Numbered from the stretch's first letter, positions 49,255 through 64,000 are shown. The stretch: DNA of 64,000 nucleotides from Yuukianura sp. NJ FZ-2021 (GCA_046563655.1 CM102285.1:6572001-6636000); one strand, 5' to 3'. Notes: a model not told the origin generated them from the letters alone. Numbers and translations are program-made.

Positions 49255-52200
49255 TACACTTTCAAAGGTGGGTATTTAGAAAGGCAGTTTTTCTAGAATT
49301 TTGAAGGGGGTTAAATTGCTCTGCAAATTCGCAAAATGGCTGTATCTCGAGAAATATGGATTGCCGGTGAAATCTAATTGCAAATTCGGATTCACCGACT
49401 TGAAATTGATGTGAGTACACTTTCAAAGGTGGGTATTTAGAAAGGCAGTTTTTCTAGAATTTTGTAAGGGGAAAAATTGCTCTGCAAATTCACAAAATGG
49501 CTGTATCTCGAGAAATATGGATTTCCGGTGAAATCTAATTGCAAATTCGGATTCACCGACTTGAAATTGATGTGAGTACACTTTCAAAGGTGGGTATTTA
49601 GAAAGGCAGTTTTTCTAGAATTTTGAAGGGGGTTAAATTGCTCTGCAAATTCACAAAATGGCTGTATCTCGAGAAATATGGATTTCCGGTGAAATCTAAT
49701 TGCAAATTCGGATTCACCGACTTGAAATTGATGTGAGTACACTTTCAAAGGTGGACATTTAGAAAGGCAGTTTTTCTAGAATTTTGTAAGGGGAAAAATT
49801 GCTCTGCAAATTCACAAAATGGCTGTATCTCGAGAAATATGGATTTCCGGTGAAATCTAATTGCAAATTCGGATTCACCGACTTGAAATTGATGTGAGTA
49901 CACTTTCAAAGGTGGGTATTTAGAAAGGCAGTTTTTCTAGAATTTTGTAAGGGGAAAAATTGCTCTGCAAATTCACAAAATGGCTGTATCTCGAGAAATA
50001 TGGATTTCCGGTGAAATCTAATTGCAAATTCGGATTCACCGACTTGAAATTGATGTGAGTACACTTTCAAAGGTGGGTATTTAGAAAGGCAGTTTTTCTA
50101 GAATTTTGAAGGGGTTAAATTGCTCTGCAAATTCACAAAATGGCTGTATCTCGAGAAATATGGATTTCCGGTGAAATCTAATTGCAAATTCGGATTCACC
50201 GACTTGAAATTGATGTGAGTACACTTTCAAAGGTGGGTATTTAGAAAGGCAGTTTTTCTAGAATTTTGTAAGGGGAAAAATTGCTCTGCAAATTCACAAA
50301 ATGGCTGTATCTCGAGAAATATGGATTTCCGGTGAAATCTAATTGCAAATTCGGATTCACCGACTTGAAATTGATGTGAGTACACTTTCAAAGGTGGGTA
50401 TTTAGAAAGGCAGTTTTTCTAGAATTTTGTAAGGGGAAAAATTGCTCTGCAAATTCACAAAATGGCTGTATCTCGAGAAATATGGATTTCCGGTGAAATC
50501 TAATTGCAAATTCGGATTCACCGACTTGAAATTGATGTGAGTACACTTTCAAAGGTGGGTATTTAGAAAGGCAGTTTTTCTAGAATTTTGAAAGGGGTTA
50601 AATTGCTCTGCAAATTCACAAAATGGCTGTATCTCGAGAAATATGGATTTCCGGTGAAATCTAATTGCAAATTCGGATTCACCGACTTGAAATTGATGTG
50701 AGTACACTTTCAAAGGTGGGTATTTAGAAAGGCAGTTTTTCTAGAATTTTGAAGGGGTTAAATTGCTCTGCAAATTCACAAAATGGCTGTATCTCGAGAA
50801 ATATGGATTTCCGGTGAAATCTAATTGCAAATTCGGATTCACCGACTTGAAATTGATGTGAGTACACTTTCAAAGGTGGGTATTTAGAAAGGCAGTTTTT
50901 CTAGAATTTTGAAAGGGGTTAAATTGCTCTGCAAATTCACAAAATGGCTGTATCTCGAGAAATATGGATTGCCGGTGAAATCTAATTGCAAATTCGGATT
51001 CACCGACTTGAAATTGATGTGAGTACACTTTCAAAGGTGGACATTTAGAAAGGCAGTTTTTCTAGAATTTTGTAAGGGGAAAAATTGCTCTGCAAATTCA
51101 CAAAATGGCTGTATCTCGAGAAATATGGATTTCCGGTGAAATCTAATTGCAAATTCGGATTCACCGACTTGAAATTGATGTGAGTACACTTTCAAAGGTG
51201 GGTATTTAGAAAGGCAGTTTTTCTAGAATTTTGAAGGGGTTAAATTGCTCTGCAAATTCACAAAATGGCTGTATCTCGAGAAATATGGATTTCCGGTGAA
51301 ATCTAATTGCAAATTCGGATTCACCGACTTGAAATTGATGTGAGTACACTTTCAAAGGTGGGTATTTAGAAAGGCAGTTTTTCTAGAATTTTGAAGGGGG
51401 TTAAATTGCTCTGCAAATTCACAAAATGGCTGTATCTCGAGAAATATGGATTTCCGGTGAAATCTAATTGCAAATTCGGATTCACCGACTTGAAATTGAT
51501 GTGAGTACACTTTCAAAGGTGGGTATTTAGAAAGGCAGTTTTTCTAGAATTTTGAAGGGGGTTAAATTGCTCTGCAAATTCACAAAATGGCTGTATCTCG
51601 AGAAATATGGATTGCCGGTGAAATCTAATTGCAAATTCGGATTCACCGACTTGAAATTGATGTGAGTACACTTTCAAAGGTGGGTATTTAGAAAGGCAGT
51701 TTTTCTAGAATTTTGAAGTGGGTTAAATTGCTCTGCAAATTCACAAAATGGCTGTATCTCGAGAAATATGGATTGCCGGTGAAATCTAATTGCAAATTCG
51801 GATTCACCGACTTGAAATTGATGTGAGTACACTTTCAAAGGTGGGTATTTAGAAAGGCAGTTTTTCTAGAATTTTGAAGGGGTTAAATTGCTCTGCAAAT
51901 TCACAAAATGGCTGTATCTCGAGAAATATGGATTGCCGGTGAAATCTAATTGCAAATTCGGATTCACCGACTTGAAATTGATGTGAGTACACTTTCAAAG
52001 GTGGGTATTTAGAAAGGCAGTTTTTCTAGAATTTTGAAAGGGGTTAAATTGCTCTGCAAATTCACAAAATGGCTGTATCTCGAGAAATATGGATTGCCGG
52101 TGAAATCTAATTGCAAATTCGGATTCACCGACTTGAAATTGATGTGAGTACACTTTCAAAGGTGGGTATTTAGAAAGGCAGTTTTTCTAGAATTTTGAAG

Positions 52201-55200
52201 GGGTTAAATTGCTCTGCAAATTCACAAAATGGCTGTATCTCGAGAAATATGGATTTCCGGTGAAATCTAATTGCAAATTCGGATTCACCGACTTGAAATT
52301 GATGTGAGTACACTTTCAAAGGTGGGTATTTAGAAAGGCAGTTTTTCTAGAATTTTGTAAGGGGAAAAATTGCTCTGCAAATTCACAAAATGGCTGTATC
52401 TCGAGAAATATGGATTGCCGGTGAAATCTAATTGCAAATTCGGATTCACCGACTTGAAATTGATGTGAGTACACTTTCAAAGGTGGGTATTTAGAAAGGC
52501 AGTTTTTCTAGAATTTTGAAGGGGTTAAATTGCTCTGCAAATTCACAAAATGGCTGTATCTCGAGAAATATGGATTTCCGGTGAAATCTAATTGCAAATT
52601 CGGATTCACCGACTTGAAATTGATGTGAGTACACTTTCAAAGGTGGGTATTTAGAAAGGCAGTTTTTCTAGAATTTTGAAAGGGGTTAAATTGCTCTGCA
52701 AATTCACAAAATGGCTGTATCTCGAGAAATATGGATTGCCGGTGAAATCTAATTGCAAATTCGGATTCACCGACTTGAAATTGATGTGAGTACACTTTCA
52801 AAGGTGGGTATTTAGAAAGGCAGTTTTTCTAGAATTTTGAAGGGGTTAAATTGCTCTGCAAATTCACAAAATGGCTGTATCTCGAGAAATATGGATTGCC
52901 GGTGAAATCTAATTGCAAATTCGGATTCACCGACTTGAAATTGATGTGAGTACACTTTCAAAGGTGGGTATTTAGAAAGGCAGTTTTTCTAGAATTTTGA
53001 AGGGGTTAAATTGCTCTGCAAATTCACAAAATGGCTGTATCTCGAGAAATATGGATTGCCGGTGAAATCTAATTGCAAATTCGGATTCACCGACTTGAAA
53101 TTGATGTGAGTACACTTTCAAAGGTGGGTATTTAGAAAGGCAGTTTTTCTAGAATTTTGAAGGGGTTAAATTGCTCTGCAAATTCACAAAATGGCTGTAT
53201 CTCGAGAAATATGGATTGCCGGTGAAATCTAATTGCAAATTCGGATTCACCGACTTGAAATTGATGTGAGTACACTTTCAAAGGTGGGTATTTAGAAAGG
53301 CAGTTTTTCTAGAATTTTGAAGGGGTTAAATTGCTCTGCAAATTCACAAAATGGCTGTATCTCGAGAAATATGGATTGCCGGTGAAATCTAATTGCAAAT
53401 TCGGATTCACCGACTTGAAATTGATGTGAGTACACTTTCAAAGGTGGGTATTTAGAAAGGCAGTTTTTCTAGAATTTTGTAAGGGGAAAAATTGCTCTGC
53501 AAATTCACAAAATGGCTGTATCTCGAGAAATATGGATTGCCGGTGAAATCTAATTGCAAATTCGGATTCACCGACTTGAAATTGATGTGAGTACACTTTC
53601 AAAGGTGGGTATTTAGAAAGGCAGTTTTTCTAGAATTTTGAAGGGGTTAAATTGCTCTGCAAATTCACAAAATGGCTGTATCTCGAGAAATATGGATTGC
53701 CGGTGAAATCTAATTGCAAATTCGGATTCACCGACTTGAAATTGATGTGAGTACACTTTCAAAGGTGGGTATTTAGAAAGGCAGTTTTTCTAGAATTTTG
53801 AAGGGGTTAAATTGCTCTGCAAATTCACAAAATGGCTGTATCTCGAGAAATATGGATTGCCGGTGAAATCTAATTGCAAATTCGGATTCACCGACTTGAA
53901 ATTGATGTGAGTACACTTTCAAAGGTGGGTATTTAGAAAGGCAGTTTTTCTAGAATTTTGTAAGGGGAAAAATTGCTCTGCAAATTCACAAAATGGCTGT
54001 ATCTCGAGAAATATGGATTTCCGGTGAAATCTAATTGCAAATTCGGATTCACCGACTTGAAATTGATGTGAGTACACTTTCAAAGGTGGGTATTTAGAAA
54101 GGCAGTTTTTCTAGAATTTTGAAGGGGAAAAATTGCTCTGCAAATTCACAAAATGGCTGTATCTCGAGAAATATGGATTTCCGGTGAAATCTAATTGCAA
54201 ATTCGGATTCACCGACTTGAAATTGATGTGAGTACACTTTCAAAGGTGGGTATTTAGAAAGGCAGTTTTTCTAGAATTTTGAAGGGGGTTAAATTGCTCT
54301 GCAAATTCACAAAATGGCTGTATCTCGAGAAATATGGATTGCCGGTGAAATCTAATTGCAAATTCGGATTCACCGACTTGAAATTGATGTGAGTACACTT
54401 TCAAAGGTGGGTATTTAGAAAGGCAGTTTTTCTAGAATTTTGAAGGGGTTAAATTGCTCTGCAAATTCACAAAATGGCTGTATCTCGAGAAATATGGATT
54501 TCCGGTGAAATCTAATTGCAAATTCGGATTCACCGACTTGAAATTGATGTGAGTACACTTTCAAAGGTGGGTATTTAGAAAGGCAGTTTTTCTAGAATTT
54601 TGAAGGGGGTTAAATTGCTCTGCAAATTCACAAAATGGCTGTATCTCGAGAAATATGGATTTCCGGTGAAATCTAATTGCAAATTCGGATTCACCGACTT
54701 GAAATTGATGTGAGTACACTTTCAAAGGTGGGTATTTAGAAAGGCAGTTTTTCTAGAATTTTGAAGGGGGTTAAATTGCTCTGCAAATTCACAAAATGGC
54801 TGTATCTCGAGAAATATGGATTGCCGGTGAAATCTAATTGCAAATTCGGATTCACCGACTTGAAATTGATGTGAGTACACTTTCAAAGGTGGGTATTTAG
54901 AAAGGCAGTTTTTCTAGAATTTTGAAGGGGGTTAAATTGCTCTGCAAATTCACAAAATGGCTGTATCTCGAGAAATATGGATTGCCGGTGAAATCTAATT
55001 GCAAATTCGGATTCACCGACTTGAAATTGATGTGAGTACACTTTCAAAGGTGGGTATTTAGAAAGGCAGTTTTTCTAGAATTTTGAAGGGGTTAAATTGC
55101 TCTGCAAATTCACAAAATGGCTGTATCTCGAGAAATATGGATTGCCGGTGAAATCTAATTGCAAATTCGGATTCACCGACTTGAAATTGATGTGAGTACA

Positions 55201-58200
55201 CTTTCAAAGGTGGGTATTTAGAAAGGCAGTTTTTCTAGAATTTTGAAGGGGGTTAAATTGCTCTGCAAATTCACAAAATGGCTGTATCTCGAGAAATATG
55301 GATTTCCGGTGAAATCTAATTGCAAATTCGGATTCACCGACTTGAAATTGATGTGAGTACACTTTCAAAGGTGGGTATTTAGAAAGGCAGTTTTTCTAGA
55401 ATTTTGTAAGGGGAAAAATTGCTCTGCAAATTCACAAAATGGCTGTATCTCGAGAAATATGGATTGCCGGTGAAATCTAATTGCAAATTCGGATTCACCG
55501 ACTTGAAATTGATGTGAGTACACTTTCAAAGGTGGGTATTTAGAAAGGCAGTTTTTCTAGAATTTTGAAGGGGTTAAATTGCTCTGCAAATTCACAAAAT
55601 GGCTGTATCTCGAGAAATATGGATTGCCGGTGAAATCTAATTGCAAATTCGGATTCACCGACTTGAAATTGATGTGAGTACACTTTCAAAGGTGGGTATT
55701 TAGAAAGGCAGTTTTTCTAGAATTTTGAAAGGGGTTAAGTTGCTCTGCAAATTCACAAAATGGCTGTATCTCGAGAAATATGGATTGCCGGTGAAATCTA
55801 ATTGCAAATTCGGATTCACCGACTTGAAATTGATGTGAGTACACTTTCAAAGGTGGGTATTTAGAAAGGCAGTTTTTCTAGAATTTTGAAGGGGGTTAAA
55901 TTGCTCTGCAAATTCACAAAATGGCTGTATCTCGAGAAATATGGATTGCCGGTGAAATCTAATTGCAAATTCGGATTCACCGACTTGAAATTGATGTGAG
56001 TACACTTTCAAAGGTGGGTATTTAGAAAGGCAGTTTTTCTAGAATTTTGAAGGGGGTTAAATTGCTCTGCAAATTCACAAAATGGCTGTATCTCGAGAAA
56101 TATGGATTGCCGGTGAAATCTAATTGCAAATTCGGATTCACCGACTTGAAATTGATGTGAGTACACTTTCAAAGGTGGGTATTTAGAAAGGCAGTTTTTC
56201 TAGAATTTTGAAGGGGTTAAATTGCTCTGCAAATTCACAAAATGGCTGTATCTCGAGAAATATGGATTTCCGGTGAAATCTAATTGCAAATTCGGATTCA
56301 CCGACTTGAAATTGATGTGAGTACACTTTCAAAGGTGGGTATTTAGAAAGGCAGTTTTTCTAGAATTTTGAAGGGGTTAAATTGCTCTGCAAATTCACAA
56401 AATGGCTGTATCTCGAGAAATATGGATTGCCGGTGAAATCTAATTGCAAATTCGGATTCACCGACTTGAAATTGATGTGAGTACACTTTCAAAGGTGGGT
56501 ATTTAGAAAGGCAGTTTTTCTAGAATTTTGAAGGGGTTAAATTGCTCTGCAAATTCACAAAATGGCTGTATCTCGAGAAATATGGATTTCCGGTGAAATC
56601 TAATTGCAAATTCGGATTCACCGACTTGAAATTGATGTGAGTACACTTTCAAAGGTGGGTATTTAGAAAGGCAGTTTTTCTAGAATTTTGAAGGGGTTAA
56701 ATTGCTCTGCAAATTCACAAAATGGCTGTATCTCGAGAAATATGGATTTCCGGTGAAATCTAATTGCAAATTCGGATTCACCGACTTGAAATTGATGTGA
56801 GTACACTTTCAAAGGTGGACATTTAGAAAGGCAGTTTTTCTAGAATTTTGAAGTGGGTTAAATTGCTCTGCAAATTCACAAAATGGCTGTATCTCGAGAA
56901 ATATGGATTGCCGGTGAAATCTAATTGCAAATTCGGATTCACCGACTTGAAATTGATGTGAGTACACTTTCAAAGGTGGGTATTTAGAAAGGCAGTTTTT
57001 CTAGAATTTTGACAGGGGTTAAATTGCTCTGCAAATTCACAAAATGGCTGTATCTCGAGAAATATGGATTGCCGGTGAAATCTAATTGCAAATTCGGATT
57101 CACCGACTTGAAATTGATGTGAGTACACTTTCAAAGGTGGGTATTTAGAAAGGCAGTTTTTCTAGAATTTTGAAGGGGGTTAAATTGCTCTGCAAATTCA
57201 CAAAATGGCTGTATCTCGAGAAATATGGATTTCCGGTGAAATCTAATTGCAAATTCGGATTCACCGACTTGAAATTGATGTGAGTACACTTTCAAAGGTG
57301 GGTATTTAGAAAGGCAGTTTTTCTAGAATTTTGAAGGGGTTAAATTGCTCTGCAAATTCACAAAATGGCTGTATCTCGAGAAATATGGATTGCCGGTGAA
57401 ATCTAATTGCAAATTCGGATTCACCGACTTGAAATTGATGTGAGTACACTTTCAAAGGTGGGTATTTAGAAAGGCAGTTTTTCTAGAATTTTGTAAGGGG
57501 TTAAATTGCTCTGCAAATTCACAAAATGGCTGTATCTCGAGAAATATGGATTGCCGGTGAAATCTAATTGCAAATTCGGATTCACCGACTTGAAATTGAT
57601 GTGAGTACACTTTCAAAGGTGGGTATTTAGAAAGGCAGTTTTTCTAGAATTTTGAAGGGGTTAAATTGCTCTGCAAATTCACAAAATGGCTGTATCTCGA
57701 GAAATATGGATTGCCGGTGAAATCTAATTGCAAATTCGGATTCACCGACTTGAAATTGATGTGAGTACACTTTCAAAGGTGGGTATTTAGAAAGGCAGTT
57801 TTTCTAGAATTTTGAAGGGGTTAAATTGCTCTGCAAATTCACAAAATGGCTGTATCTCGAGAAATATGGATTGCCGGTGAAATCTAATTGCAAATTCGGA
57901 TTCACCGACTTGAAATTGATGTGAGTACACTTTCAAAGGTGGGTATTTAGAAAGGCAGTTTTTCTAGAATTTTGAAGGGGTTAAATTGCTCTGCAAATTC
58001 ACAAAATGGCTGTATCTCGAGAAATATGGATTGCCGGTGAAATCTAATTGCAAATTCGGATTCACCGACTTGAAATTGATGTGAGTACACTTTCAAAGGT
58101 GGGTATTTAGAAAGGCAGTTTTTCTAGAATTTTGAAGGGGTTAAATTGCTCTGCAAATTCACAAAATGGCTGTATCTCGAGAAATATGGATTGCCGGTGA

Positions 58201-61200
58201 AATCTAATTGCAAATTCGGATTCACCGACTTGAAATTGATGTGAGTACACTTTCAAAGGTGGGTATTTAGAAAGGCAGTTTTTCTAGAATTTTGTAAGTG
58301 GAAAAATTGCTCTGCAAATTCACAAAATGGCTGTATCTCGAGAAATATGGATTTCCGGTGAAATCTAATTGCAAATTCGGATTCACCGACTTGAAATTGA
58401 TGTGAGTACACTTTCAAAGGTGGGTATTTAGAAAGGCAGTTTTTCTAGAATTTTGAAGGGGTTAAATTGCTCTGCAAATTCACAAAATGGCTGTATCTCG
58501 AGAAATATGGATTGCCGGTGAAATCTAATTGCAAATTCGGATTCACCGACTTGAAATTGATGTGAGTACACTTTCAAAGGTGGGTATTTAGAAAGGCAGT
58601 TTTTCTAGAATTTTGAAGGGGGTTAAATTGCTCTGCAAATTCACAAAATGGCTGTATCTCGAGAAATATGGATTGCCGGTGAAATCTAATTGCAAATTCG
58701 GATTCACCGACTTGAAATTGATGTGAGTACACTTTCAAAGGTGGGTATTTAGAAAGGCAGTTTTTCTAGAATTTTGTATGGGGTTAAATTGCTCTGCAAA
58801 TTCACAAAATGGCTGTATCTCGAGAAATATGGATTGCCGGTGAAATCTAATTGCAAATTCGGATTCACCGACTTGAAATTGATGTGAGTACACTTTCAAA
58901 GGTGGGTATTTAGAAAGGCAGTTTTTCTAGAATTTTGAAGGGGTTAAATTGCTCTGCAAATTCACAAAATGGCTGTATCTCGAGAAATATGGATTGCCGG
59001 TGAAATCTAATTGCAAATTCGGATTCACCGACTTGAAATTGATGTGAGTACACTTTCAAAGGTGGGTATTTAGAAAGGCAGTTTTTCTAGAATTTTGAAG
59101 GGGGTTAAATTGCTCTGCAAATTCACAAAATGGCTGTATCTCGAGAAATATGGATTGCCGGTGAAATCTAATTGCAAATTCGGATTCACCGACTTGAAAT
59201 TGATGTGAGTACACTTTCAAAGGTGGGTATTTAGAAAGGCAGTTTTTCTAGAATTTTGAAGGGGTTAAATTGCTCTGCAAATTCACAAAATGGCTGTATC
59301 TCGAGAAATATGGATTGCCGGTGAAATCTAATTGCAAATTCGGATTCACCGACTTGAAATTGATGTGAGTACACTTTCAAAGGTGGGTATTTAGAAAGGC
59401 AGTTTTTCTAGAATTTTGAAGGGGGTTAAATTGCTCTGCAAATTCACAAAATGGCTGTATCTCGAGAAATATGGATTGCCGGTGAAATCTAATTGCAAAT
59501 TCGGATTCACCGACTTGAAATTGATGTGAGTACACTTTCAAAGGTGGACATTTAGAAAGGCAGTTTTTCTAGAATTTTGAAGTGGGTTAAATTGCTCTGC
59601 AAATTCACAAAATGGCTGTATCTCGAGAAATATGGATTGCCGGTGAAATCTAATTGCAAATTCGGATTCACCGACTTGAAATTGATGTGAGTACACTTTC
59701 AAAGGTGGGTATTTAGAAAGGCAGTTTTTCTAGAATTTTGACAGGGGTTAAATTGCTCTGCAAATTCACAAAATGGCTGTATCTCGAGAAATATGGATTG
59801 CCGGTGAAATCTAATTGCAAATTCGGATTCACCGACTTGAAATTGATGTGAGTACACTTTCAAAGGTGGGTATTTAGAAAGGCAGTTTTTCTAGAATTTT
59901 GAAGGGGTTAAATTGCTCTGCAAATTCACAAAATGGCTGTATCTCGAGAAATATGGATTGCCGGTGAAATCTAATTGCAAATTCGGATTCACCGACTTGA
60001 AATTGATGTGAGTACACTTTCAAAGGTGGGTATTTAGAAAGGCAGTTTTTCTAGAATTTTGAAGGGGGTTAAATTGCTCTGCAAATTCACAAAATGGCTG
60101 TATCTCGAGAAATATGGATTGCCGGTGAAATCTAATTGCAAATTCGGATTCACCGACTTGAAATTGATGTGAGTACACTTTCAAAGGTGGGTATTTAGAA
60201 AGGCAGTTTTTCTAGAATTTTGAAGGGGGTTAAATTGCTCTGCAAATTCACAAAATGGCTGTATCTCGAGAAATATGGATTGCCGGTGAAATCTAATTGC
60301 AAATTCGGATTCACCGACTTGAAATTGATGTGAGTACACTTTCAAAGGTGGGTATTTAGAAAGGCAGTTTTTCTAGAATTTTGAAGGGGTTAAATTGCTC
60401 TGCAAATTCACAAAATGGCTGTATCTCGAGAAATATGGATTTCCGGTGAAATCTAATTGCAAATTCGGATTCACCGACTTGAAATTGATGTGAGTACACT
60501 TTCAAAGGTGGGTATTTAGAAAGGCAGTTTTTCTAGAATTTTGAAGGGGTTAAATTGCTCTGCAAATTCACAAAATGGCTGTATCTCGAGAAATATGGAT
60601 TGCCGGTGAAATCTAATTGCAAATTCGGATTCACCGACTTGAAATTGATGTGAGTACACTTTCAAAGGTGGGTATTTAGAAAGGCAGTTTTTCTAGAATT
60701 TTGAAGGGGTTAAATTGCTCTGCAAATTCACAAAATGGCTGTATCTCGAGAAATATGGATTGCCGGTGAAATCTAATTGCAAATTCGGATTCACCGACTT
60801 GAAATTGATGTGAGTACACTTTCAAAGGTGGGTATTTAGAAAGGCAGTTTTTCTAGAATTTTGAAGGGGTTAAATTGCTCTGCAAATTCACAAAATGGCT
60901 GTATCTCGAGAAATATGGATTGCCGGTGAAATCTAATTGCAAATTCGGATTCACCGACTTGAAATTGATGTGAGTACACTTTCAAAGGTGGGTATTTAGA
61001 AAGGCAGTTTTTCTAGAATTTTGAAGGGGTTAAATTGCTCTGCAAATTCACAAAATGGCTGTATCTCGAGAAATATGGATTGCCGGTGAAATCTAATTGC
61101 AAATTCGGATTCACCGACTTGAAATTGATGTGAGTACACTTTCAAAGGTGGGTATTTAGAAAGGCAGTTTTTCTAGAATTTTGAAGGGGGTTAAATTGCT

Positions 61201-64000
61201 CTGCAAATTCACAAAATGGCTGTATCTCGAGAAATATGGATTTCCGGTGAAATCTAATTGCAAATTCGGATTCACCGACTTGAAATTGATGTGAGTACAC
61301 TTTCAAAGGTGGGTATTTAGAAAGGCAGTTTTTCTAGAATTTTGAAGGGGTTAAATTGCTCTGCAAATTCACAAAATGGCTGTATCTCGAGAAATATGGA
61401 TTGCCGGTGAAATCTAATTGCAAATTCGGATTCACCGACTTGAAATTGATGTGAGTACACTTTCAAAGGTGGGTATTTAGAAAGGCAGTTTTTCTAGAAT
61501 TTTGAAGAGGTTAAATTGCTCTGCAAATTCACAAAATGGCTGTATCTCGAGAAATATGGATTGCCGGTGAAATCTAATTGCAAATTCGGATTCACCGACT
61601 TGAAATTGATGTGAGTACACTTTCAAAGGTGGGTATTTAGAAAGGCAGTTTTTCTAGAATTTTGAAGGGGTTAAATTGCTCTGCAAATTCACAAAATGGC
61701 TGTATCTCGAGAAATATGGATTGCCGGTGAAATCTAATTGCAAATTCGGATTCACCGACTTGAAATTGATGTGAGTACACTTTCAAAGGTGGGTATTTAG
61801 AAAGGCAGTTTTTCTAGAATTTTGAAGGGGGTTAAATTGCTCTGCAAATTCACAAAATGGCTGTATCTCGAGAAATATGGATTGCCGGTGAAATCTAATT
61901 GCAAATTCGGATTCACCGACTTGAAATTGATGTGAGTACACTTTCAAAGGTGGGTATTTAGAAAGGCAGTTTTTCTAGAATTTTGAAGGGGTTAAATTGC
62001 TCTGCAAATTCACAAAATGGCTGTATCTCGAGAAATATGGATTGCCGGTGAAATCTAATTGCAAATTCGGATTCACCGACTTGAAATTGATGTGAGTACA
62101 CTTTCAAAGGTGGGTATTTAGAAAGGCAGTTTTTCTAGAATTTTGAAGGGGGTTAAATTGCTCTGCAAATTCACAAAATGGCTGTATCTCGAGAAATATG
62201 GATTGCCGGTGAAATCTAATTGCAAATTCGGATTCACCGACTTGAAATTGATGTGAGTACACTTTCAAAGGTGGGTATTTAGAAAGGCAGTTTTTCTAGA
62301 ATTTTGAAGGGGGTTAAATTGCTCTGCAAATTCACAAAATGGCTGTATCTCGAGAAATATGGATTGCCGGTGAAATCTAATTGCAAATTCGGATTCACCG
62401 ACTTGAAATTGATGTGAGTACACTTTCAAAGGTGGGTATTTAGAAAGGCAGTTTTTCTAGAATTTTGAAGGGGGTTAAATTGCTCTGCAAATTCACAAAA
62501 TGGCTGTATCTCGAGAAATATGGATTGCCGGTGAAATCTAATTGCAAATTCGGATTCACCGACTTGAAATTGATGTGAGTACACTTTCAAAGGTGGGTAT
62601 TTAGAAAGGCAGTTTTTCTAGAATTTTGAAGGGGGTTAAATTGCTCTGCAAATTCACAAAATGGCTGTATCTCGAGAAATATGGATTGCCGGTGAAATCT
62701 AATTGCAAATTCGGATTCACCGACTTGAAATTGATGTGAGTACACTTTCAAAGGTGGGTATTTAGAAAGGCAGTTTTTCTAGAATTTTGAAGGGGTTAAA
62801 TTGCTCTGCAAATTCACAAAATGGCTGTATCTCGAGAAATATGGATTGCCGGTGAAATCTAATTGCAAATTCGGATTCACCGACTTGAAATTGATGTGAG
62901 TACACTTTCAAAGGTGGGTATTTAGAAAGGCAGTTTTTCTAGAATTTTTAAGGCGTTAAATTGCTCTGCAAATTCACAAAATGGCTGTATCTCGAGAAAT
63001 ATGGATTGCCGGTGAAATCTAATTGCAAATTCGGATTCACCGACTTGAAATTGATGTGAGTACACTTTCAAAGGTGGGTATTTAGAAAGGCAGTTTTTCT
63101 AGAATTTTGAAGGGGTTAAATTGCTCTGCAAATTCACAAAATGGCTGTATCTCGAGAAATATGGATTGCCGGTGAAATCTAATTGCAAATTCGGATTCAC
63201 CGACTTGAAATTGATGTGAGTACACTTTCAAAGGTGGGTATTTAGAAAGGCAGTTTTTCTAGAATTTTGAAGGGGTTAAATTGCTCTGCAAATTCACAAA
63301 ATGGCTGTATCTCGAGAAATATGGATTGCCGGTGAAATCTAATTGCAAATTCGGATTCACCGACTTGAAATTGATGTGAGTACACTTTCAAAGGTGGGTA
63401 TTTAGAAAGGCAGTTTTTCTAGAATTTTGTAAGCGGATAAATTGCTCTGCAAATTCACAAAATGGCTGTATCTCGAGAAATATGGATTGCCGGTGAAATC
63501 TAATTGCAAATTCGGATTCACCGACTTGAAATTGATGTGAGTACACTTTCAAAGGTGGGTATTTAGAAAGGCAGTTTTTCTAGAATTTTGAAGGGGTTAA
63601 ATTGCTCTGCAAATTCACAAAATGGCTGTATCTCGAGAAATATGGATTGCCGGTGAAATCTAATTGCAAATTCGGATTCACCGACTTGAAATTGATGTGA
63701 GTACACTTTCAAAGGTGGGTATTTAGAAAGGCAGTTTTTCTAGAATTTTGAAGGGGTTAAATTGCTCTGCAAATTCACAAAATGGCTGTATCTCGAGAAA
63801 TATGGATTGCCGGTGAAATCTAATTGCAAATTCGGATTCACCGACTTGAAATTGATGTGAGTACACTTTCAAAGGTGGGTATTTAGAAAGGCAGTTTTTC
63901 TAGAATTTTGAAGGGGTTAAATTGCTCTGCAAATTCACAAAATGGCTGTATCTCGAGAAATATGGATTGCCGGTGAAATCTAATTGCAAATTCGGATTCA
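49255..64000. repeat. 160/161-bp satellite array, right block (~92 monomers, continues beyond the window)
   Basis: Same monomer and orientation; the period is read directly, e.g. GTACACTTTC at 63541, 63701 and 63861. Confidence 0.99.

Noticed and set aside
3046..64000. CRISPR array interpretation of the tandem repeat
   Set aside because: There are no unique spacers; the whole 160-bp unit repeats. No cas genes are present and the context is eukaryotic (spliceosomal introns).

Overview
Eukaryotic (probably small-intron invertebrate) genomic DNA at the edge of a large satellite array. About 85% of the window (from ~3046 to the window end) is a head-to-tail 160/161-bp tandem repeat of roughly 340 copies, with higher-order structure near its left edge. 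The left flank holds a compact five-exon zinc-finger gene (1774-2936, 300 aa; all four GT-AG introns are phase-compatible) that ends ~110 bp before the array. Two insertions interrupt the array. (1) A 5.3-kb LTR retroelement (8262-13588) with apparently identical 549-bp TG...CA LTRs, a GCAA target-site duplication and a tRNA-like PBS. It encodes only a mini-Gag with one CCHC zinc knuckle, then a complete -1 ribosomal frameshift cassette that leads not into Pol but into an unrelated Pro/Ser-rich protein with 9-aa GP repeats and a duplicated ATVLRRL module. (2) A 1.4-kb internally deleted pogo/Tigger-type DNA transposon (47859-49254) with 25-bp TIRs and a TA duplication. The Pol-less but frameshift-retaining LTR element is the most unusual system here. 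All calls were read by eye; no database search was run.
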